A stretch of DNA of 64,000 nucleotides, from the NCBI GenBank assembly GCA_033762915.1, contig JANRLD010000042.1, forward strand, positions 203,184 through 267,183, read 5' to 3'. Below the pieces are notes generated by a model. It was not told the origin of the DNA. It made no database searches and was given only the letters and a program-made list of their open reading frames with translations. Both the position numbers and the translations under genes were made by a program. Origin of the DNA: Meiothermus sp. Its GTDB lineage: Bacteria > Deinococcota > Deinococci > Deinococcales > Thermaceae. Below, piece by piece: positions 58,768 through 64,000 of the stretch; the first letter of the stretch is position 1, and each line of letters begins with the position of its first letter.

Positions 58768-60522
58768 TCAGCGCCTCGAGCTCTGGCCGCCGCTGTCTTC
58801 CAGCGTGAAGGGCAGGAGCACCACCGAGACGTTGCCCAGATTCTGACCGGCTCTCAGGGTCACGTCCTTCTCCGAGATGCCGAAGGGCTCGTCGGGGTCG
58901 AGTTGCTCGTTGCCGTTGAAGTCGGTGAAGGCCAGGATGGTGTAGGTTCCGGGGGTCAGGTTGGGGATGGTGAAGTCGGTAAACTCCCGCTGCGAGTCCA
59001 CGATGATCTCCATCGACTTGTCGAAGTCGTAGCCGTCGCCCTGGACGAACATCGCGGCGATGTAGGTGGCGCAGGAGATGCCCTGGTGGGGTGGGGCCAC
59101 CGGCCCGGTCGCGGCGGGGTTGCCGAGGGCCTCGGCGGCGTCCAGCAGGCCGGCGCCGCAGTCGGCGGCGTCGGGGCGGCCGCACTGGGCGGCGGTGAGG
59201 GGATTGGCAGAGGCCTTGAGGATGGCCCGGGTGGTCTCGAGGGTCAGGGCGGGGTTCAGCCCCTTCATCAGCGAGACCACCCCCGCGACGTGTGGCGCCG
59301 CCATCGAGGTGCCCTGGTACATCACGTAGTTGAAGGCGTTGCGGCGGGTGTCGCGCAGCGGGCTGAGCACGCCGGCCTGGACCATCTGTGCCCCCACGCT
59401 GAAGGCGGTGCTGGTGGTGCCGCCGGGGGCCATCACGTCGATGCGGCTGCCCCAGTTGGAGTAGGGGGCGCGTTCGCCCCTGAGGTTGGTGGCCCCGACG
59501 GTGATGATGTTGGAGCAGCTCGAGGGGCTGAACCGAGCCGTGTCGCTGTTCTCGTTGCCCGCCGCCGCCACCGCGATGACCCCTCTGGCCGCGACCCTGC
59601 TGAGGATGTCCTCGTAGAGCGGGCTGCAAGCGCCGGATCCGCTGAAACTCATGTTAATAACCTGGGCGGGGTTGGGGTTGTTGGGTACGCCGGGCACCGC
59701 GATCCCCGCCGCCCAAGCGATGCCATCCACGATGTCGCTGACCCTGCCGCCCCCTATGCCCAGCACCCGCACCGGCAGAATCCGCGCCCGCCAGTTCACG
59801 CCCGCGCCGCCCTGGCCGTTGTTGGTGGCGGCAGCGATGGTTCCGGCCACGTGGCTGCCGTGGTAGCTGGGCTGGCCGGAGGTCGCGTCGCCGAAGTCGT
59901 AGGCGCCGAGGCCGCGACCCACGGCGTTGCCCGCCGCGCGGGCGTCGGAGATGAAGGTGTAGCCGGGCAGCACCTTGCCCCGGAAGTCGGGGTGGGTGCG
60001 GGGGCTGTCGTCGCCGTCCCACAGGATGCCGGTGTCCACCACCGCCACCACGGTGCCGTCGGTGCCGGTGCTGATATCCCAGGCGGCGGGCAGATTGAGG
60101 GCGCGGTAGTGCCACTGTAGGGCGTACTGGGGGTCGGTGGGCTCGGCGGAGATGAAGGCCAGGTCGTTGGTGACGGCGTACTCCACGTCGCTGCGGGCCG
60201 AGAGGCTGCGCACCAGCTCGAGCGTCTGGGCCGCGCTCAGGCCCCCGGCCCGGTAGAGGGTCGCGCCCTCCACCGCCAGGGGGCGGACCGCTGCTAGGTG
60301 TACTCCGCCGGCCTCGAGTGCCCCCACCGACTGTACGCTCAGGCCAGACTTGAACTTGACGATCACCTCGCCGGGCACGAATTGGCTCGAGGCCGAGTTC
60401 TCGAGGATGCGGCGCGGCAGCACCTCGCCAGAGTCGATCACGCCCGAGACCGAGGCAGGGCCGGGCGCGGCGGCGCAGGCAGCCAGTAGCGCCAGCAGGG
60501 GGGGCAGCCACAGGAGTTTCAT
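58768..60522 (-). CDS. S8 subtilisin-like serine protease, lipoprotein
   Basis: LAAC lipobox; VVDTG, HGSHVAG and GTSMA catalytic triad motifs. Confidence 0.93.
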   Translation of the reverse strand: MKLLWLPPLLALLAACAAAPGPASVSGVIDSGEVLPRRILENSASSQFVPGEVIVKFKSGLSVQSVGALEAGGVHLAAVRPLAVEGATLYRAGGLSAAQTLELVRSLSARSDVEYAVTNDLAFISAEPTDPQYALQWHYRALNLPAAWDISTGTDGTVVAVVDTGILWDGDDSPRTHPDFRGKVLPGYTFISDARAAGNAVGRGLGAYDFGDATSGQPSYHGSHVAGTIAAATNNGQGGAGVNWRARILPVRVLGIGGGRVSDIVDGIAWAAGIAVPGVPNNPNPAQVINMSFSGSGACSPLYEDILSRVAARGVIAVAAAGNENSDTARFSPSSCSNIITVGATNLRGERAPYSNWGSRIDVMAPGGTTSTAFSVGAQMVQAGVLSPLRDTRRNAFNYVMYQGTSMAAPHVAGVVSLMKGLNPALTLETTRAILKASANPLTAAQCGRPDAADCGAGLLDAAEALGNPAATGPVAPPHQGISCATYIAAMFVQGDGYDFDKSMEIIVDSQREFTDFTIPNLTPGTYTILAFTDFNGNEQLDPDEPFGISEKDVTLRAGQNLGNVSVVLLPFTLEDSGGQSSRR

Positions 60523-60731
60523 GGGGTTCCTCGCAAAACTTATCTCATGTTTTCTGGTGGGTTGGCCCTAACGCGGTGCAGGGCGTACCTGTTTGGTGAC
60601 CAGCAGTTCGGCGCGTGCGGCCTACAGCCATTGGCTGAACGGTTTGCCAAAGGGTTAGCGGCAACGCTGCGCGTGAGAGGGCCAAGTGGCCCTCTCACGC
60701 GGAGGCTCGAGACCGGGTGCGCCCATCGTGG

Positions 60732-61268
60732 CTAGTTCCGCCTGCCGCTCACGAAGGTCCAGTAGTGGGTGAAGTCGGAGTTGGCGTTGAAACCGTAGCC
60801 GAGGCCGATCTCGTTGGAGTTGGCGCTCATCAGGCCCTGGCAGTGGCCGGAGGTGCTGGTGCGCCACTGGTTGAAGGCGGCCTGGGCGGAGCCGCCCCCT
60901 GCGGCGATGTTCTCACCGGTCGAGAACCCGGTGTAGCCCGCGTTGGTGTTGCGCTGGGAGAAGGTGGTGCCGTCCTGGCTGTCGTGGTCGAAGTAGTTGT
61001 TGTTGGCCATGTCCTCGCTGTGCAGCCGGGCCGAGGTGTTGAGTGCGTCGTTGTAGGCCACTGGCCCCACGGCGGGCATGTTCTCGTCGGCGGCGCCGTT
61101 CTTGCAGACCTGCGGTTGCGAGCGGAACTGGTTGACCAGGGTCAGGAACTCGTTGAAGTCAACATTGGCGGGGGTGTTGGCGGGCTTGGCGGTGGGGGTG
61201 TTGCTACCGCAGGCGGCCAAAAGAATACCCAGAGCCAGCAACATGCCGTGGAACGCGAACTTTTTCAT
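60732..61268 (-). CDS. CAP-domain lipoprotein
   Basis: LAAC; HSEDM...FDH, GENIA and SGHC motifs. Confidence 0.9.
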   Translation of the reverse strand: MKKFAFHGMLLALGILLAACGSNTPTAKPANTPANVDFNEFLTLVNQFRSQPQVCKNGAADENMPAVGPVAYNDALNTSARLHSEDMANNNYFDHDSQDGTTFSQRNTNAGYTGFSTGENIAAGGGSAQAAFNQWRTSTSGHCQGLMSANSNEIGLGYGFNANSDFTHYWTFVSGRRN

Positions 61269-61427
61269 GTTTTCCTCCCTGCCAAGGCGAAACATATGGA
61301 TTTTATGGTCTCGAGACCCGCCTTGTACAGCTCGAGCCTGTTTGGCTGAAGGTTGAAGGAAGAGGAGGGGCCTTGGCTTTGGTTTTTCAACCCCTAACCC
61401 TCTAGCCCGGAGTGGACGTTTGGCGAT

Positions 61428-61985
61428 TTACTGGTTCTTGCGGCCCGCCAGGAAAACCCAGTAGCTAAAGACGATGTCAAGGTCGGGGCCAAAATTCTCA
61501 ATCCTGAAGCCGTAGCCGATGCCGATTTCGTTGGTATTGGCGTTCATCAACAGGTTGCAGTGGCCGCTCTGGCTGTTGCGCCACTGATCAAGGGTGTCCT
61601 GGGCGGTTTCGCGGCCACGGGCGATGTTTTCGCCGATAGACTGTCCGCCATACCCGGCTGCGGTGTTGCGCTCGTAAAAGGAACTGCCATCTTGACTGTC
61701 ATGGCTGAAGTACTTTTTGGTTGCCATGTCTTGGGCGTGGCCTTTGGCAGAGGCGTTGAGCTGGTCGTTGAGCACCACCGGTGGCACGGCGGGCAGCTGG
61801 GTGGTCACGCCGTTTTCGGTACAGGTTTGGGGCTGCGAGCGGAACTGGTTAACCAGGGTCAGGAACTCGTTGGGGTCGAAGTTGGCGGGGGTGTTGGTGG
61901 GCTTGGCGGTGGGGGTGCTGCTACCGCAGGCGGCGAGCAACAGGCTGAGTACGACCAGAAAACCGTAAAGTTTGAACTGCTTCAT
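61428..61985 (-). CDS. CAP-domain lipoprotein (tandem paralogue)
   Basis: LAAC; HAQDM...FSH, GENIA and SGHC motifs; N-terminus nearly identical to its neighbour. Confidence 0.9.
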   Translation of the reverse strand: MKQFKLYGFLVVLSLLLAACGSSTPTAKPTNTPANFDPNEFLTLVNQFRSQPQTCTENGVTTQLPAVPPVVLNDQLNASAKGHAQDMATKKYFSHDSQDGSSFYERNTAAGYGGQSIGENIARGRETAQDTLDQWRNSQSGHCNLLMNANTNEIGIGYGFRIENFGPDLDIVFSYWVFLAGRKNQ

Positions 61986-62061
61986 GTCTGCCTCCTGGGA
62001 AGGGTAAAACCGGGATCAGAGGGCTTAGGGCAATAACGAAGGGCGATTCCGTCGCGTTCTT

Positions 62062-62193
62062 TTATAAGTTCCTCCTGCTGTGCAGATTTGGTTGCTGCCT
62101 GCTCGGATACTGGTGACCCACCTCCTCAGACTGGGCGGGTGCAAAGGCGCTCAGGAGGTTGAAGGGAATGCGGAGGGCAGGGGCTGGTTTCAT
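62062..62193 (-). CDS. Putative 43-aa small protein
   Basis: AAAGGAG RBS 8 nt before the ATG; same strand as the downstream CAP genes. Confidence 0.4.
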   Translation of the reverse strand: MKPAPALRIPFNLLSAFAPAQSEEVGHQYPSRQQPNLHSRRNL

Positions 62194-62390
62194 GGTCTTC
62201 ACTCCTTTCGGCTGGGCGGTAGGCGGCTTTGGTGGGCTATCCGGTTTGAACTGAGCCAAGAATAGAAGCCCGCCGTCACATCGTCGTGAGACGAAAAAAG
62301 CTGTCCTGGATTTATAAAAACCGATATATCAGACGGGCCTCGAGGCCCGTCTAACGATTTTCGGGCCGACCTTGCCCTAACCAAACCAGC

Positions 62391-62419
62391 AAAAAGCCGA
62401 AAGGGTCACCTTTCGGCTT
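62391..62419 (-). terminator. Terminator downstream of the TPR gene
   Basis: AAGCCGAAAGG-GTCA-CCTTTCGGCTT with poly-T on the minus strand. Confidence 0.65.
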
Positions 62420-62436
62420 GGTTGGACTTGAGGCTC

Positions 62437-62652
62437 ATCGCGGTTCCTTACCTCCCTCGCGGCGGCAGGTAATGTACTCCCTATCGCGTTTCCCACCACT
62501 ACTCCGCCCACGCTGCGGCGCTAAAGCGTGCGCTAAAGCGGAGTAGTGCACTCGGTACGGCAAAAACCGCCGTACCGTGTGTTCGTGGGAACCGCTCTCC
62601 AGCAAAAACCGCCCGCTTTAGCGCCGTAGGGAGTATGCGTGGGAACCGCTCT
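62437..62652. repeat. Nested MITE-like element E (B-type copy at 62483-62598 inside a C-type copy)
   Basis: Outer parts match 39381-39473; inner part is the reverse complement of 2141-2257. Confidence 0.75.
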
Positions 62653-63998
62653 CAGAAGCTCACCGTGTCCAGCGCCTCGAGGGCCAGCGCCAGGGCTTGC
62701 TCGAGGCTCAGGGCCTGCCCCTCCCGCCAGGCCAGGGAAAAACCAAGCTCGCCGGTAGCAGCCTTGATGTTCTCGAGCTGGGTTTGATAGGCGGCCAACT
62801 CGCTGGGGGATACGGGAATTTTCGCGGCGTGCCGCAGCGCGTCGGCCTGGCCCAGCAGTCGGGCGGCGGTTTTGCCCTGGCCGTTCACGCCCAGCAGCGC
62901 CGCCACCCCCTCCAACATATAGGCGATCAGACCCCGGTACTGAACCGTCTGACTTAGCCGCAGGCTCTGGTGGTAGAGCGACCGCGCCCTGTTGTAGTCG
63001 GCCTGCTGGAAGGCCAGGGCGCTGGAGGCGTTGAGCGCATCCAACATCACCTGACGGTCGTCCAGCGCTGTCGAAATCTCGAGGCTTTGCTCCAGATACC
63101 GGTGGGCCGTCGCGTAGTCGCCCAGAAGGCGGGCCATTAAGCCCATGTTTCTCAACGAGATGGACTGCCCGAAAGCGTCGCCAATCTCAATTTTCAGGTT
63201 CAGGCTTTCGCTGTGCGTGTCTAGGGCACCCTGGTAGTTGCCCTCGTACTCCAGCACGCAGCCCAGGTTGTTGAGTGCCATAGCGGCAAGGGTCTTGTCC
63301 CCCAGTTGGCGGGTCAGGGTGGATAGCTCGGAAAAGTATTGCCGGGATAGGGGATAGTCGTGGTCGTATAGGGCCACAATGCCCAGGCCGTTGAGCGCCT
63401 GGGCCAGGGCTTCGGGGTGGTCGGCGGCCTGCGCAACCTCGACGGCCTTCTGGTAGGCCGCCCCGGCTGCCTTCATGTCCCCCTCGTGTACATAAAGATC
63501 ACCGATCTGGGTCAGGGCGCTGGCGTGAAGCTGAGTGCTATTCAAGCTGCCAAGCCGGTCCAGCGTGCGGGAAATCCAGCCCAGCCCTTCCCTGGCATAG
63601 CCCCGCGAACGCCAGAAAAAAAGCAGGGCACTCCCCAGGTGAATGATGGTCTGTGGCTCGTCTTCCCGCTCGGCCCAGACCAGAACCGCCCGCAGGTTGT
63701 CAAGTTCCTGCTCGATGCGGCGCATCCACTGGACCAGCTCGAGGCCCTTCTGCTTGCGCAGCTGTATGCCCTTGGCCCAGCTCAAGAACCACTCGGCGTG
63801 CTTTCGCCGCGCTGCTGCTGCCCCTGCAGGGTCGGCCTCGAGCTTCTCCTGGGCGTACTGACGCACCAGCTCATGCAGGTCGAAGCGGTTGGTGTGGCCC
63901 TGAATCCGCCGGATCAGCGAGCTGTCCAGCAACTCCAGCAGCACAAGGTTGGAAGCCCCGCTGACCGCCAGGGCCGCCGAGCGCTCGAACCCGCCCCG
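62652..63998 (-). CDS. STAND-type ATPase/TPR protein (AfsR-like regulator), 5'-truncated by window edge
   Basis: L.D.SL...RF.LHELVRQYA winged helix, ELDNLRA.L.W, then multiple TPRs. Confidence 0.85.
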   Translation of the reverse strand, partial: RGGFERSAALAVSGASNLVLLELLDSSLIRRIQGHTNRFDLHELVRQYAQEKLEADPAGAAAARRKHAEWFLSWAKGIQLRKQKGLELVQWMRRIEQELDNLRAVLVWAEREDEPQTIIHLGSALLFFWRSRGYAREGLGWISRTLDRLGSLNSTQLHASALTQIGDLYVHEGDMKAAGAAYQKAVEVAQAADHPEALAQALNGLGIVALYDHDYPLSRQYFSELSTLTRQLGDKTLAAMALNNLGCVLEYEGNYQGALDTHSESLNLKIEIGDAFGQSISLRNMGLMARLLGDYATAHRYLEQSLEISTALDDRQVMLDALNASSALAFQQADYNRARSLYHQSLRLSQTVQYRGLIAYMLEGVAALLGVNGQGKTAARLLGQADALRHAAKIPVSPSELAAYQTQLENIKAATGELGFSLAWREGQALSLEQALALALEALDTVSF

Positions 63999-64000
63999 GA

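Noticed and set aside
62437..62652. CRISPR-like repeats (GTGGGAACCGC)
   Set aside because: Copies are dispersed and in inverted orientation as element ends, not regularly spaced direct repeats

Overview
High-GC bacterial chromosome segment. A very high frequency of CTCGAG, leaderless genes with a TANNNT box 6-7 nt before the start codon, and a DUF3208-like gene point to Meiothermus/Calidithermus-like Deinococcota (inference). The main accessory feature is a ~16.5 kb element integrated in tRNA-Thr(CGU), bounded by a perfect 45-bp direct repeat (4413-4457 and 20896-20940). It has a phage-satellite (PICI/P4-like) gene set: tyrosine integrase, XRE regulator, Xis-like protein, primase-polymerase, AAA helicase with two spaced clusters of putative iterons, and a TerS-like HTH fused to zinc ribbons. 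It has no virion genes. Its cargo is a low-GC four-gene restriction-like anti-phage system (DUF499 ATPase, DUF3780, DUF1156 methyltransferase, PLD-SNF2 helicase). A second notable locus is an NAD+/ADP-ribose operon: NADAR, NAMPT, a low-GC DUF2971-like insert, KptA/Tpt1, an unknown protein, PnuC and a NadR-like enzyme. It lies behind a promoter with an overlapping palindromic operator, and its NADAR gene carries a tiny in-frame double-hairpin insertion and a frameshift. The rest of the window holds ureFGD, MFS/ABC transporters, mdh, glgP, several secreted lipoproteins (metalloprotease, copper radical oxidase, S8 protease, CAP proteins), a uvrA remnant and a MITE-like repeat family that abuts stop codons. 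All family assignments come from motif recognition by eye, not database searches.
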